IMG/VR virus record: IMGVR_UViG_3300037485_001282
Span: 64,001 to 128,000 of that record
DNA length: 64,000 bases
Direction: 5' to 3' (one strand)
From: a virus
Below are positions 26,042-36,663 of the stretch, one piece after another (within the stretch, counting starts at the first letter, position 1; each line of letters opens with the position of its first letter). The notes beneath the pieces are model-generated. The model was not told the DNA's origin and ran no database searches. It saw only the letters and a program-made list of their open reading frames with translations. A program made the position numbers and the translations under genes.

Positions 26042-28259
26042 ATTGAAGTTTCCTAAGAAGGCTTAATATTTTTTCTGAATTATAATAATGAGTAGTACCG
26101 TAGAATTGATTTAAAATTTCTTTATTTTCTATCGGTTTGTTGTTTATCATAAAATCTTTTATTACCAAATATGGTCCATCGTAATATTGCGAGAGGACCA
26201 TTTTTGTTCCTTCTCTGAATTTATTAATTAGATCATAGTCAATTTCAATATCATTTGAGTTGAAATCTAATTTCTTTGTATAGTAAATCATTAAACTTTT
26301 AAAACTATTTAAAACTTCAGCGTATTGGCGTAATAAACCAATCTTATCTGAATTTTTAGCAATTAATTTATCTAAAATTTGAACTCGTCTAAAAATTCTA
26401 TTGATACTCCAATACTTTCTTCTCGTTTCGTCCTTTAAGTTTTCTTTCAATAAACTAACCATTTGGTCCATTTCTTCGTCGATACTAACCGCATAAGAAT
26501 CAGCCATTATAGATAATCGTTTGTTTGAACCACCTGCTTTTGTTTTTCTTTCTGATGGATCTTTTCTTCTCATTTCTTTTTGTTTGAATGAAATTATTCC
26601 ATAACTTTCATTATTTTCGTCTGTTAACTGAAGAATAAACTGATTTACTTTCTTCGGTCTTCCCATTACACTCTTGCCAGTTCTCTTGGCTTGTCTCTTT
26701 TTATAAATTTCATAATCAGAATCATCATTTATATCCAATACAGACGCTTTGATGTTACGTGAACGCATGTATTCGGATATTAAAGTACTAAAAACTCTAA
26801 TCTTACCCTTATCCTGCGCTATAGACACTAGAGTAGAATCTTCGTGTCCATGTGCGTACATGTCAATAATAGTAAAAATAAACTTTATTAACTTATCGTT
26901 GCTTGTAAATTCTATGGATTGAAAATATGATTTCATATTATCCATCAATAACGAGGAATCACAAATAATTGCTTCACCAGTTGGCGATGGTTTAAAAATT
27001 TCGTCCCATTTCAATGCCGAAAAATCTAAACCAGATTGCTCAAATATCCATTTTAAATTACTTCTATTTTCTTCATTGAAAACAAAAGTAGCTACATCGG
27101 TTCTATTGGATGCTTTTAGTGAAAAATTATAAACTTTCGAAGTTTTAACTCCGTTTCTTGAAAGTGCTTCAAATTCAATTAACTTAATTTCAGCATCTTT
27201 CTTAATTTTACCAGCCAATTCAGGATCGAAAGCACCTAAGTCACCTGTGGAAGAAATTTTCAAATCAATAATATCAATTTCGCCATTATTAGCTAAATGT
27301 TCTAAATATTCTCTGGATTCAATGATCTCTGGAATATTTACTAATTGTTCCAAGTATGTTTCAATCATAGAAAAAAGATCGCTAAACTCTGGTCTTGAGT
27401 GATCGTTTAAAATAGTTCTAATATCATCTAGTAACTCTGGAGTGTGGCTTAACTTTAATGAAACTTTAATGTCATCTTTGCTATCTGTTACTTTAAAGGA
27501 TACTTCGTTACTTTCATTTAACTTACTAGGGACTACAACGAAACTAAAAAGAGCAGAGATTCCACCTTGTCCCCTTAGTGATCCTTTAGTTTCAGTAACT
27601 ACTATTTCTGGATTATTTAGTGACTCTCTTTTACTAGCAGCGTTAACTCTAATATACTGTCTAGCAGAACCTTCGGTCTTTTCCTCTGTAGGTAAATGAT
27701 GAGATGCTCTGAACATTTTAGCATAGTAATATACTTTGTTACCATTAATTTCATCTTCGCCTTCAGTAGTAAACTTCTGAGGATCCTCTGAATTTTTATT
27801 AACATTGAAATCTTTTAAAACTTTATTCTTAATGTCATTTATTTTCTCCGTAATTCCCAATTTCTCATAGTACTTTTCTGATTGAGTTTCACTATAAAAT
27901 AATTTATGCTCAAATGTGTCACTCTTAGGTTTAATTTCCTTAGTGGAAGATGTTCTTTTTTGAAGGTCGATCTGTTTAGTTAGAAATATTGCATTTTGGT
28001 CACTAATTTTACTATCGTAAACTACTATTTCCTTTGCTTCGTTATTACATACATAAGTTAATCCATTAAGAATATCATTAGATGATGTTTCCTCAGATAC
28101 AAAGAAATCAGCTATACATATAGGAAACACTAGTTCACTAGCGCCACCCATAAAGTTCCTATGAGTTTTAAGTAATTCCTCATTTTCAAAAATTTTAGTT
28201 TTACTTAAATGGTAAATCTCGTTAATCTTAGTTAAGAAAGTATCTCTGTAATTTTTCAT
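26022..28259 (-). CDS. hypothetical protein (745 aa)
   Basis: Long ORF with AAGGA SD; no motif recognised. Confidence 0.7.
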   Translation of the reverse strand: MKNYRDTFLTKINEIYHLSKTKIFENEELLKTHRNFMGGASELVFPICIADFFVSEETSSNDILNGLTYVCNNEAKEIVVYDSKISDQNAIFLTKQIDLQKRTSSTKEIKPKSDTFEHKLFYSETQSEKYYEKLGITEKINDIKNKVLKDFNVNKNSEDPQKFTTEGEDEINGNKVYYYAKMFRASHHLPTEEKTEGSARQYIRVNAASKRESLNNPEIVVTETKGSLRGQGGISALFSFVVVPSKLNESNEVSFKVTDSKDDIKVSLKLSHTPELLDDIRTILNDHSRPEFSDLFSMIETYLEQLVNIPEIIESREYLEHLANNGEIDIIDLKISSTGDLGAFDPELAGKIKKDAEIKLIEFEALSRNGVKTSKVYNFSLKASNRTDVATFVFNEENRSNLKWIFEQSGLDFSALKWDEIFKPSPTGEAIICDSSLLMDNMKSYFQSIEFTSNDKLIKFIFTIIDMYAHGHEDSTLVSIAQDKGKIRVFSTLISEYMRSRNIKASVLDINDDSDYEIYKKRQAKRTGKSVMGRPKKVNQFILQLTDENNESYGIISFKQKEMRRKDPSERKTKAGGSNKRLSIMADSYAVSIDEEMDQMVSLLKENLKDETRRKYWSINRIFRRVQILDKLIAKNSDKIGLLRQYAEVLNSFKSLMIYYTKKLDFNSNDIEIDYDLINKFREGTKMVLSQYYDGPYLVIKDFMINNKPIENKEILNQFYGTTHYYNSEKILSLLRKLQSSEKIQ

Positions 28260-28289
28260 GAGCTATAGTTCCTTGTCTTATTTATCATT

Positions 28290-28480
28290 TTAGTAACTAT
28301 GTATTTTACCCATTATCCATTCTCAACCACTCAGTTACTTTAGTTACTTTAGTTAATTTTAATTTCATAAACTTATGATTGTAAATATGTAGTTACTTTA
28401 GTTACTATTAGTTACTCTGTAGTATGTTTAATTTTGGTTTCTTCTAATAGTAACTGAGCTACTATTAAGTAACTATACAC
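28290..28480. repeat. clustered AGTTAC(TTT) short repeats in intergenic DNA
   Basis: AGTTACTTT at 28333, 28342 and 28391; variants at 28351, 28400 and 28410; inverted GTAACT copies nearby. Confidence 0.7.
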
Positions 28481-28630
28481 TTTTCCTAAGTTGCTTTGCG
28501 AAATTTCATTATATATTATCTTTATGTAGTTGACTTGTTCTGCGTCTTATAACCATTAAAGATATTAGGTTATAGTCTGAGCTTGGTTGTGCTTACATTA
28601 CTGTAAGACAATATAGGAGGTTATTAGCCT

Positions 28631-28756
28631 AACTCTTCAGTTCACTAGGAAAGTCGATCCCGTGCCTATACCTTTGAATCCTTTTCTCTAAAGGAACTCC
28701 CTTTTCTGGGCTTAAAAATATTCACTAAACTTTATACTCCCTAGTGACTAAGAGTT
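28631..28756. repeat. imperfect ~20-bp inverted repeat enclosing further hairpins
   Basis: AACTCTTCAGTTCACTAGGAAAG (28631-28653) versus CTCCCTAGTGACTAAGAGTT (28737-28756). Confidence 0.65.
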
Positions 28757-28762
28757 TTATTT

Positions 28763-29857
28763 TTAATCTACACCAATCTCAATAGGTAAATTTGAATTAT
28801 ATTTTTTATTAACATCAGTAAAAATTAAGGCTAACCATTTCCTTTCAGGTCCATAGAAAGAAGCGGTTGTAGTTCTAAAATAAGGAAATCTATTTCTCCA
28901 CTTTTTGAATAATTTAGTTCCTTGAGTCAAATATGCTTTTTGGTTAACTTCATTTAATAAATTCTTTTGTCCGTCTGATAAATGGAAACAATCAGCATCT
29001 ATAGCAAAATTTTTATATCCTTGATTTATACAATTTAAGCAAATATCAGCACCATAGAAGTGATAATGATCGAAAGTTACTTCATCAAATAAAATATTTA
29101 AATTAGAACTACAAGCCAATACACATTCATCTAGTGTCTGAACCTCTTTATATGCTCCATTATTTTGGCGCATTATCTGAGCATAAGAAATTTCTTTTCC
29201 ATTATATGTAGTAGCCGTATTAGACAAATAGATAGCACCAGATTCAGTAAATACACCCATGTTGCTTTTACTAGTTCCAGCTATCCCAAGAAATCCTATC
29301 TTCATTCCAGTAGTTTCAAATTTAATAAAGTGACTATAAATTTTCTGAAGCCAATTAGTAGGAACTATTAGATCCTGATGGCAAAATAATAGATACTCAG
29401 AGTTACTTAAGGATCTACCGAAGTTAAGCATCTCAGCGGAACTATTAAATTCATTATTAAAATTAAAAATACTGATTATCTCAAAAGTTACGTTAGTCTC
29501 TTGGTTTCTTAAAGAATTTAAAAAGCCAATATATTGTTCCTTATTGTTGATAGGAACTATAATTGAAAATTTGGTTCTATTAAGTTTCTTAAGATACTTA
29601 GATTTGCTAAAAGGAACTGAAATATCGATAGCATTTAGTTCATCTAAAGCAACTTGAAGTATCTTAGAATTTTCTTCGTTATTATTCATTTTATTAATTT
29701 CATTTATTATATTCTCGTTTTTTATAATTTCTTTTAAACCATTATAATATGCAAGTTCAAAATTTCCAGTTATTTTTTCCCCAGGTCGAATAAAGTGCTT
29801 TTTCCCCTGATGAATTACAGAGATTCCTCGTTTTGTGATGTTTTTAAATATTGGCAT
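28763..29857 (-). CDS. GT-A glycosyltransferase with an extra N-terminal domain
   Basis: FSIIVP, LFCHQD, LGIAG, VQTLDE, FDE..FDHYHFYGADICL motifs. Confidence 0.8.
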   Translation of the reverse strand: MPIFKNITKRGISVIHQGKKHFIRPGEKITGNFELAYYNGLKEIIKNENIINEINKMNNNEENSKILQVALDELNAIDISVPFSKSKYLKKLNRTKFSIIVPINNKEQYIGFLNSLRNQETNVTFEIISIFNFNNEFNSSAEMLNFGRSLSNSEYLLFCHQDLIVPTNWLQKIYSHFIKFETTGMKIGFLGIAGTSKSNMGVFTESGAIYLSNTATTYNGKEISYAQIMRQNNGAYKEVQTLDECVLACSSNLNILFDEVTFDHYHFYGADICLNCINQGYKNFAIDADCFHLSDGQKNLLNEVNQKAYLTQGTKLFKKWRNRFPYFRTTTASFYGPERKWLALIFTDVNKKYNSNLPIEIGVD

Positions 29858-29877
29858 TTTATTTCTAGAAAAATAGT

Positions 29878-31317
29878 TTAGATCGGAATTTCAAAAATCT
29901 TAAAAGGAAATTCGTTCTTCTTATAGTAGCTTATTCGATGCCATAAATGCTTTTCGGATAGATTTAGGTTCTCAGTTATATCATATAATTGAAGTTTATT
30001 TTTAGTAATATGCATTCTTAAACCACGACCAACCGATTGAAGAGTCTGGATTTTTGATTTTCCAGCAGCCCCGAAGATTACCACATGAAGCCTATTAATA
30101 GAAATTCCAGTAGAGAAAACACCAGTAGTGGCTACAGTAATTATTCCGCTTTCTTCATTCATCTTATGTCGAATACCAGATCTTAGATCCTTTTCAGTAT
30201 CTCCACATATAAAGTTGCATTTACACCCAGATTCTTCTAAGATTTTTAAAAGAGTTTTACCGTGATCTACTCTTCTCACTAAAATTAAAATATTTTCGTT
30301 TTTATTTGCGTGTTTCTTCGCTATGTTACAAATAGCCAAGTTTCTTTTCTTATCATCTATCAAAAATTGCTTCTGATCAGCATACTCTTTTACATTAATA
30401 GCATCTAGTATCTCGTTCTTATACAGGAATTTAACTATAGAAATGTTAATATCCGAGATTTGCTTTAATTTGATTAGATCCTTAGCAAATACTTGGTCAA
30501 CTACTGGACCCAAAGCACCCTCAACTGACCAATAGTTACATTTATGGTCTGGCATAGTTCCTGTAGTTCCTATTTTGTACTCAGCGTTAATTGAATACTC
30601 AGAAACTTTTTTAATTTCATCCGATTTAACTCCATGACACTCATCAACAAACAAAGCAAAGCACTGTTCAAGTAAATCTTTTTTATCGTATATTGATTGC
30701 CAAGTACTTATAGTTACTTGAGTCTTAAAGTTCTTCTCTTTCCCATAAAAATTACCTAATATTTCCTCTTTCATCCCATAAGAAACTAAATCTTCCCTCA
30801 TCTGGGAAATTAAGTCAATCGTAGGGACTATAAGAATTATTTTCTTTCCAGGATTCTTATGAACTAGGTAGTTTATCATAAGGAAAATAGAAAGTGACTT
30901 ACCAGATCCTGTACAATGTTCTAAAATGGCTCTCCTCTTATAAAGAGCCTTCAAAGAACCTCTGATTTGATACTCTCTCGGTATCATCTCTGGATTAATG
31001 TTACTCTCAGTTATATCATTAAATTCCTTTATAAAAGAAACTTGATCTACTTTAGGAGCTATTAATTTAGGATCTATTTTAGGTTTATCTTCTTCATCTT
31101 TAAAGTAATTGATGATCTTTTGAAGATGACCCAGTTCAAATAGACCATTCCGCTTAACAAAAAGAATATTACCATCCCATTGCCCAGCTTTGTACTTCGG
31201 CATAAACTGATAATTTTCAGCCTTAATGGAAAATCTTCTAATAATGCCACTCATTATTAAAGCATCATCAGATAATATTCGACCGTGAGTATTATTAACT
31301 TTTAAAATTTCTATCAT
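29878..31317 (-). CDS. uvsW: UvsW SF2 helicase
   Basis: PKYKAGQWDG, REYQ, TGSGKS, STWQS, DECH, GTTGT, FSTGISI and QSVGRGLR motifs. Confidence 0.95.
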   Translation of the reverse strand: MIEILKVNNTHGRILSDDALIMSGIIRRFSIKAENYQFMPKYKAGQWDGNILFVKRNGLFELGHLQKIINYFKDEEDKPKIDPKLIAPKVDQVSFIKEFNDITESNINPEMIPREYQIRGSLKALYKRRAILEHCTGSGKSLSIFLMINYLVHKNPGKKIILIVPTIDLISQMREDLVSYGMKEEILGNFYGKEKNFKTQVTISTWQSIYDKKDLLEQCFALFVDECHGVKSDEIKKVSEYSINAEYKIGTTGTMPDHKCNYWSVEGALGPVVDQVFAKDLIKLKQISDINISIVKFLYKNEILDAINVKEYADQKQFLIDDKKRNLAICNIAKKHANKNENILILVRRVDHGKTLLKILEESGCKCNFICGDTEKDLRSGIRHKMNEESGIITVATTGVFSTGISINRLHVVIFGAAGKSKIQTLQSVGRGLRMHITKNKLQLYDITENLNLSEKHLWHRISYYKKNEFPFKIFEIPI

Positions 31318-31769
31318 TTCATTCCCAGCGTAAGTTTATGGTATTCACGCAGTTCCTTTAAACTATATATAGTCTTATGCAACGAATCGTACTTTTTAGT
31401 TAATAAATTAACTACGTCTTCCTGATAGTCAAAAGCAGTTTTAATCTTTACCCAGTTTTCATTTTTATAAACATATTGCTCTAAATCTCCTTTTTTAAGC
31501 GCCATTCCATTTTTAAACTTTAGATCATGAGTTATGTTACCTTTAATTTCTTCTTTTTTTAACGTTAGCGCCTTTAAAAGTAACTTCTCGGTACTCAATA
31601 AACATAGACACTCACCTATTTCCTTAAAGTTCCTTAGATACTCTGATTTTAGATCCATCTCGTTAATAGGATGGTCATACATAGCAATATACTCCTGAGA
31701 TTTTAACTCGAAGTATGCGTCAATTTCATCTAAAGTTGATTCAGTAACTTGTAATAGACTCATTTCCAA
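31314..31769 (-). CDS. uvsY: UvsY-like recombination mediator
   Basis: Helical 151-aa protein directly upstream of uvsW; LKKGDLEQYV and SLKELREY.K C-terminus. Confidence 0.55.
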   Translation of the reverse strand: MEMSLLQVTESTLDEIDAYFELKSQEYIAMYDHPINEMDLKSEYLRNFKEIGECLCLLSTEKLLLKALTLKKEEIKGNITHDLKFKNGMALKKGDLEQYVYKNENWVKIKTAFDYQEDVVNLLTKKYDSLHKTIYSLKELREYHKLTLGMK

Positions 31770-32233
31770 ACCCGATCAAAGTTCTGTAAGTAACTAACTA
31801 CCTTCAGTTTACTAGCAAGAGAATCAAGTAACTTATCAAAGTATTCACAAATTATTTCTTGGTAATCTTTGAAAATTTTTATTTTCTGATAGTTTATGTT
31901 GGTGTAGATCCATTCCTTTATTTCATATTCGCTACTAAATGTTCTACTAACTTCTTTTCCGTCTGGTCTAGTAACTATTACTCTCCCTTCCTTTGCCTTC
32001 GTGTATAGCGAAGTATAAAGTTTCTGGGTTTCTCTGGTTATTTTAACTAAAGCAGTTTTCGCTTTCATCCACTCAGATCTAACTGAATGGAGTTTATATA
32101 TCGTAGCGACATATTCTCCGCTGATTTCATTTTGGTCGATTATGAATAGACTCTCATATTTACTATGAAGGGCTTCTATTTTTTCCTCGAAAAACTTTTG
32201 TATTTCCTCAAATGATTTACTTGATAAATTCAT
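31760..32233 (-). CDS. second UvsY-like protein
   Basis: Similar size and pattern (IDQNEI, EIKEWIYTN, YQEIICEY, FDRVWK). Confidence 0.45.
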   Translation of the reverse strand: MNLSSKSFEEIQKFFEEKIEALHSKYESLFIIDQNEISGEYVATIYKLHSVRSEWMKAKTALVKITRETQKLYTSLYTKAKEGRVIVTRPDGKEVSRTFSSEYEIKEWIYTNINYQKIKIFKDYQEIICEYFDKLLDSLASKLKVVSYLQNFDRVWK

Positions 32234-32249
32234 TAAGATTTCCTATAAT

Positions 32250-32636
32250 ATGATTATATCAATTATGGGGGAATTTATGTCAAATATAAACTTAAAGCTA
32301 GAAGAAGAGATTTTTAAAGTTGAGAAAGAAAAGGTTGACCCTTTAGAGAAGAATAAAATAATGGAGATACTTAATCTTTTAAAAAACATTGATCATGACC
32401 TTAAACCGATATTAAACATCATTCAAAGGTTTATAGATGAATCGGATGATCAGACACTGAACACTCTAATGATTATTAAATTATTAAAATTCTACGGGAT
32501 TAATAATAAGGACATTCTGACTGTCAGACAAAAAATGCTTCTGGTTGACAGGGAATTAGTAAAGGTTCCATATTTGAAGAAGAATCAAGTCGAATGTATT
32601 AATATTTTATTAAAATCCTTTAATTTTGACTTTTAA
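32250..32636 (+). CDS. hypothetical protein (likely start ATG 32277)
   Basis: ORF with GGGGGA SD before MSNINL. Confidence 0.6.
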   Translation: MIISIMGEFMSNINLKLEEEIFKVEKEKVDPLEKNKIMEILNLLKNIDHDLKPILNIIQRFIDESDDQTLNTLMIIKLLKFYGINNKDILTVRQKMLLVDRELVKVPYLKKNQVECINILLKSFNFDF

Positions 32637-32660
32637 GTACTAATTTTTATAAATATATAA

Positions 32661-33521
32661 TTGAAAGTTAATGAGAGGTCTATGGAAAAATTCAAAGATT
32701 TTTACGCCACCAATGATGATAAATCACTTTTTAAAAAAATTGATGTGGTGCTATTTTTGGGTGATTATGATCCTATTACTAAAGACGAATACAGTAGAAT
32801 AAAACAATTCATATCTGAAGTAGTTAGAAGCCCAACACATATTTCAAAATTTTCCGAAAAAGTTGACGTTGGGTTGTTAATAAACTGTGAAAAGATAGAC
32901 GCTAAACTAGAAACCAGAAACAATAATGATTTAAACTTTGAAGAAAAAAACTATATAACAACTAAAATATTCGGTTTAAAGTGTTATCCAGTCAATTTAG
33001 ACAAGTTGTTTATTTCTAGTCTTTTAGAAACAGATGATAGCGGGGATACCGAAAAGTATATTTCGGAAATTACAGATCAATTAAAAAAATATTTTCATAA
33101 ACAAAACATACTTATAGTATTAAGTCACACAGATAGAAACTTTGAAGAGGTATTGTTCAGAATAAAAGAAATAGTTTCTTCAGATAACATCAATATTGAC
33201 TTTTTGATTTTTAACCATAAACCAGAGATTAATGAGCTAGGTCTTCCATTTGATGGAAAACTAATTAAGTCTGTGGTTTTGTTGGACTATGAAAAACCAA
33301 ATCCAGAAGACTTAAAGGCATTTTCAGCTAAAAATGGACTATTAGATTACGTTGACGAAATACGAAAAATACATTTTAAATCACTAGGTAATAATTATTC
33401 TTTAATTTTTGAGTTGCTTTTCCCTGACTTGCAGTTTTATGTAAACGAAAAAAGTGATACTAAAGAATCTAATTGTAAATTTTTAATGGATTTACTACGC
33501 AATATGTATCTGAAAAAGTGA
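32661..33521 (+). CDS. late hypothetical protein, degenerate HIGH-type nucleotidyltransferase fold
   Basis: Late promoter at 32648; VLFLGDYDPITKDEY resembles GxFDPxTxGH without the His. Confidence 0.45.
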   Translation: MKVNERSMEKFKDFYATNDDKSLFKKIDVVLFLGDYDPITKDEYSRIKQFISEVVRSPTHISKFSEKVDVGLLINCEKIDAKLETRNNNDLNFEEKNYITTKIFGLKCYPVNLDKLFISSLLETDDSGDTEKYISEITDQLKKYFHKQNILIVLSHTDRNFEEVLFRIKEIVSSDNINIDFLIFNHKPEINELGLPFDGKLIKSVVLLDYEKPNPEDLKAFSAKNGLLDYVDEIRKIHFKSLGNNYSLIFELLFPDLQFYVNEKSDTKESNCKFLMDLLRNMYLKK

Positions 33522-33552
33522 TTAACTTTATAAATAACTATTAATTCAGGAG

Positions 33553-35091
33553 ATGCCAATGAAATGCCCCTTTTGCGGTTCCAATAAATTAGAAGAGACT
33601 GCTAACTTTAATGAGTTTTCTTGTAAACTATGTAATTGTGAGTTTAGAGACGAGAAACCAGGATACACGACATTCGAGGAAGGGAAATACGAAAACTTCT
33701 GCGAAAATGTTGCTGACTGTGTACTACAAGAAGCATCTGGCGGCATAACTCACGTTATAAACGCTATAGCAAAAGAAGCATCTCAGGCTGGAATCGAATA
33801 TATTGACATTCCTATTGAAAGACTTCAGGATCTTTATGAGTCGGTTAAAAATGAATCTAGTTTGGGCATCATAGATTCGTTCGACCTCAAGTATATTAAA
33901 GAAGGAATGGATAAGTTTATCGTATTGGGTGAGAATATCCTTAAGAGAACCGATTTAGAAATCAATATGGAAAGATTTTCTTACTTGAAGGAAAACCAAT
34001 TATCCACTATTTCAGTTAAGCCACTTGGTCCTGTGGGCGGCGGAAAAAGAAAAGAAGTTATTGCTGGTGCTGTTGAAGAAGAAATAACTCCTGAAGTTAA
34101 TATAGTCGATGATGAAACAATAGAAGCAATAGCAGATGATAGTTTAGATGAATTAAAATCAATGTATAGCGATTCTCCAGAAGGAACCTTTGATTTCGAG
34201 ATACAATATATCATTGAAGTTGCCAAAAAATATTGGCCAGAGATCGAAACATATTCTCCCGAAACTTTAGACAAAATAAAGACAGTTTTAGACCAAAAAG
34301 CAAATGCTGGATCAAGTCAAGATTTCACAGAAAATGAAGGTGACATTGATACATCTAACATGCATAATTGGGTGTCTATAATTGGTGATGTTGCGATGGA
34401 AGTAGAAGACAAAATTAGAAATCCAGACCATCAAATGACAGCAGATGAAGCAAGAGGTTTAATAAGACAAGAAGCTATTAAGATGGGGGTCAGTGAGAAT
34501 AAGGTTGACGAGCAGTTTATTGATAGAGTTATTAAGTACATTAAATCTAGATCATATGAAGAGTTTGGTCCTGGTGAACTTGACTGGTTAGATGACCGAA
34601 GTATAAAAGAAACCCCAAATTATTCTGGAGACACAGACTTATCTCATTTATCATCAGTTGGGTCAGACGAAGATCCTAATTCACCAGAAGCCCAAGGAAT
34701 AGAAGACGATTCTGAGTTTTACGATGATAAGATTGGTGGAGTTAGTGATTTTGCTTCTGATATTAAAGAACCAAAGAATCCAATTGATATTGATTCGGCT
34801 ATTACTATTATCAAATCAGAGGGACTACAAGACGATTTGGAGATTTATAAGCGTCTATTGGAACTAGTAGGTAATATTAGTGGCGAAGAAGCAGATAAAG
34901 TATTAGATACTGTTAGAGGTATTTCTGTTGGAGTTCGAGAAGATAGTCTAACTGGAACTGGAATTGGAGACGGAACCAACGATATTGGCGCTAATCCAGA
35001 TGAGTTAGATATAGATGAATCCAATTTAATGGAAGCAGTCGAACATATAGTTTCTAAAGCAACTAAGGTAGAAGAACTAAGGGATCTATGA
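33553..35091 (+). CDS. acidic late protein with N-terminal Zn ribbon
   Basis: Late promoter at 33529, AGGAG SD, CPFC..CKLC, very D/E rich. Confidence 0.7.
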   Translation: MPMKCPFCGSNKLEETANFNEFSCKLCNCEFRDEKPGYTTFEEGKYENFCENVADCVLQEASGGITHVINAIAKEASQAGIEYIDIPIERLQDLYESVKNESSLGIIDSFDLKYIKEGMDKFIVLGENILKRTDLEINMERFSYLKENQLSTISVKPLGPVGGGKRKEVIAGAVEEEITPEVNIVDDETIEAIADDSLDELKSMYSDSPEGTFDFEIQYIIEVAKKYWPEIETYSPETLDKIKTVLDQKANAGSSQDFTENEGDIDTSNMHNWVSIIGDVAMEVEDKIRNPDHQMTADEARGLIRQEAIKMGVSENKVDEQFIDRVIKYIKSRSYEEFGPGELDWLDDRSIKETPNYSGDTDLSHLSSVGSDEDPNSPEAQGIEDDSEFYDDKIGGVSDFASDIKEPKNPIDIDSAITIIKSEGLQDDLEIYKRLLELVGNISGEEADKVLDTVRGISVGVREDSLTGTGIGDGTNDIGANPDELDIDESNLMEAVEHIVSKATKVEELRDL

Positions 35092-36629
35092 AAAGAGTCG
35101 ATGAAGCGGATAAAAATGATAAAGAGACTATAGGCGGTCCCGCTGGTTCTGTAGTGGGACGAGGAGCATCTGCTGTTGGTGGTGCTTTAAAAACAGTTGG
35201 AACAGCTTTTAAAAAAGATATATTTAAGAATGCTGGTGAAATAGAGAGCGTTGTTGATGCTGTATGGGATAGATTATCACAAGACCCAGAGTTTATGCGT
35301 AAGCATGGTAGAATTAAAGGTAAATTTGATAAAGCTAAAGATATTAAAGAAGTTATTTTGATAATTAAAAATGACCAACGTGGATCTGTTGATTTTTTGG
35401 TTTCAACAATACAGCATTCTTATGGAAAATTTACTAAAAATAAAATAGAAACAGCTAGAGGTTGGCTCCGAAGTTATTTAAAGGCCGATGGACCTGGATT
35501 TAATCAACTCAGTAAACAAGAACAAGATAATATAAACCAAACAATAGAAAATGTATTAAAAGCAGCATTTCCAGCGGAATATGTGCCACCAAAAAATACA
35601 AACCAACCACAAAAAAAATCTAAAAAAGCTACACAGCCAAAACAAAATCAGCCAGCGCCAGTAATAAATAAGCCAGCAAAGCCAATACCAGAGGAACGCA
35701 ACATGACATTTAAATCATTTTTCGAATCAGAAAATATCAAGGAAGAAGAAGATATTCAGAAACTTGATGCTGAAGTAAATAAAGACAAAGAAAAACTAGC
35801 GGATACTCAGGTAAAGAAAGCCCAAGCGATTCAAAAAGTTACTAAGGATAATATCGCAAAGAGTACCAATAAAAAGGAAGAAAATCCTTTAGCTGAAGGT
35901 GTATATGCTGGAGCCGATGGTATCAATAAAAAGATTCCATTTACTCAAGACCCACTCCTAAAGAAAGCAGAAGACTCCAAAGAAAAAGAAGATCCTATTA
36001 AAGATGCTGGTGAAGAAAGACGTAAGAAACTCGAAAGAATAACGAAGGAATTACAAGAATTGGCAAATGAAGTTTCTTCAGATGTAAACTCAAATATTAA
36101 CGAAGAACCACCATTAAGTGTATTAGCCGCTAAAGAGAAATTTGCTTTAGATGAAGCGGCACATCAATGGGAACAAATGCAATGTGCAATGGGTGAATGC
36201 GGAGTCGAGAATCAACTTCCAGTAGAAATAACTGCCCAAAGTATGATTGATTCTGGTGAGTTTAATAATGCTGGGTTAGAACAAAGCGAAACTACAGCAC
36301 AAGTAGCTGATAGAGCAAGTATTTACGGATTTATTAAGAGTAATAATCTAACAGGAATCCCAAGAGACCAATCATTGAATATCCTTTTAGGTCAATTCGG
36401 AAACTCATCCACAGAACTTTCACAAATTTTAAGTGACGCTATCTTATCTGATGGCGAACCTTCCGATATTGATAACTCTTATGGTTACACAGATTCACTC
36501 AGACAAATCAGTTCCCCAGAAGTACAACCTGCTCCAGTTGATTGGGATGACTCCGAAAGAAGCCACCTTAATAGACTCCAGGATACTTGGAAGGACATGG
36601 AAGCTAAATTTAACTTAAAAGATCTTTGA
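35088..36629 (+). CDS. late protein, probable internal head protein
   Basis: ATGA overlap; Gly/Ala amphipathic N-terminus, Pro/Lys/Gln linker, MTFKSFFESE and LxE motifs. Confidence 0.65.
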   Translation: MKRVDEADKNDKETIGGPAGSVVGRGASAVGGALKTVGTAFKKDIFKNAGEIESVVDAVWDRLSQDPEFMRKHGRIKGKFDKAKDIKEVILIIKNDQRGSVDFLVSTIQHSYGKFTKNKIETARGWLRSYLKADGPGFNQLSKQEQDNINQTIENVLKAAFPAEYVPPKNTNQPQKKSKKATQPKQNQPAPVINKPAKPIPEERNMTFKSFFESENIKEEEDIQKLDAEVNKDKEKLADTQVKKAQAIQKVTKDNIAKSTNKKEENPLAEGVYAGADGINKKIPFTQDPLLKKAEDSKEKEDPIKDAGEERRKKLERITKELQELANEVSSDVNSNINEEPPLSVLAAKEKFALDEAAHQWEQMQCAMGECGVENQLPVEITAQSMIDSGEFNNAGLEQSETTAQVADRASIYGFIKSNNLTGIPRDQSLNILLGQFGNSSTELSQILSDAILSDGEPSDIDNSYGYTDSLRQISSPEVQPAPVDWDDSERSHLNRLQDTWKDMEAKFNLKDL

Positions 36630-36663
36630 GTTCCCGATATAATAGGGACTCAAAGGAACTAAA

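Noticed and set aside
28290-28480. CRISPR array
   Set aside because: Repeats are only 6-9 bp and abut each other, with no unique spacers and no cas genes.
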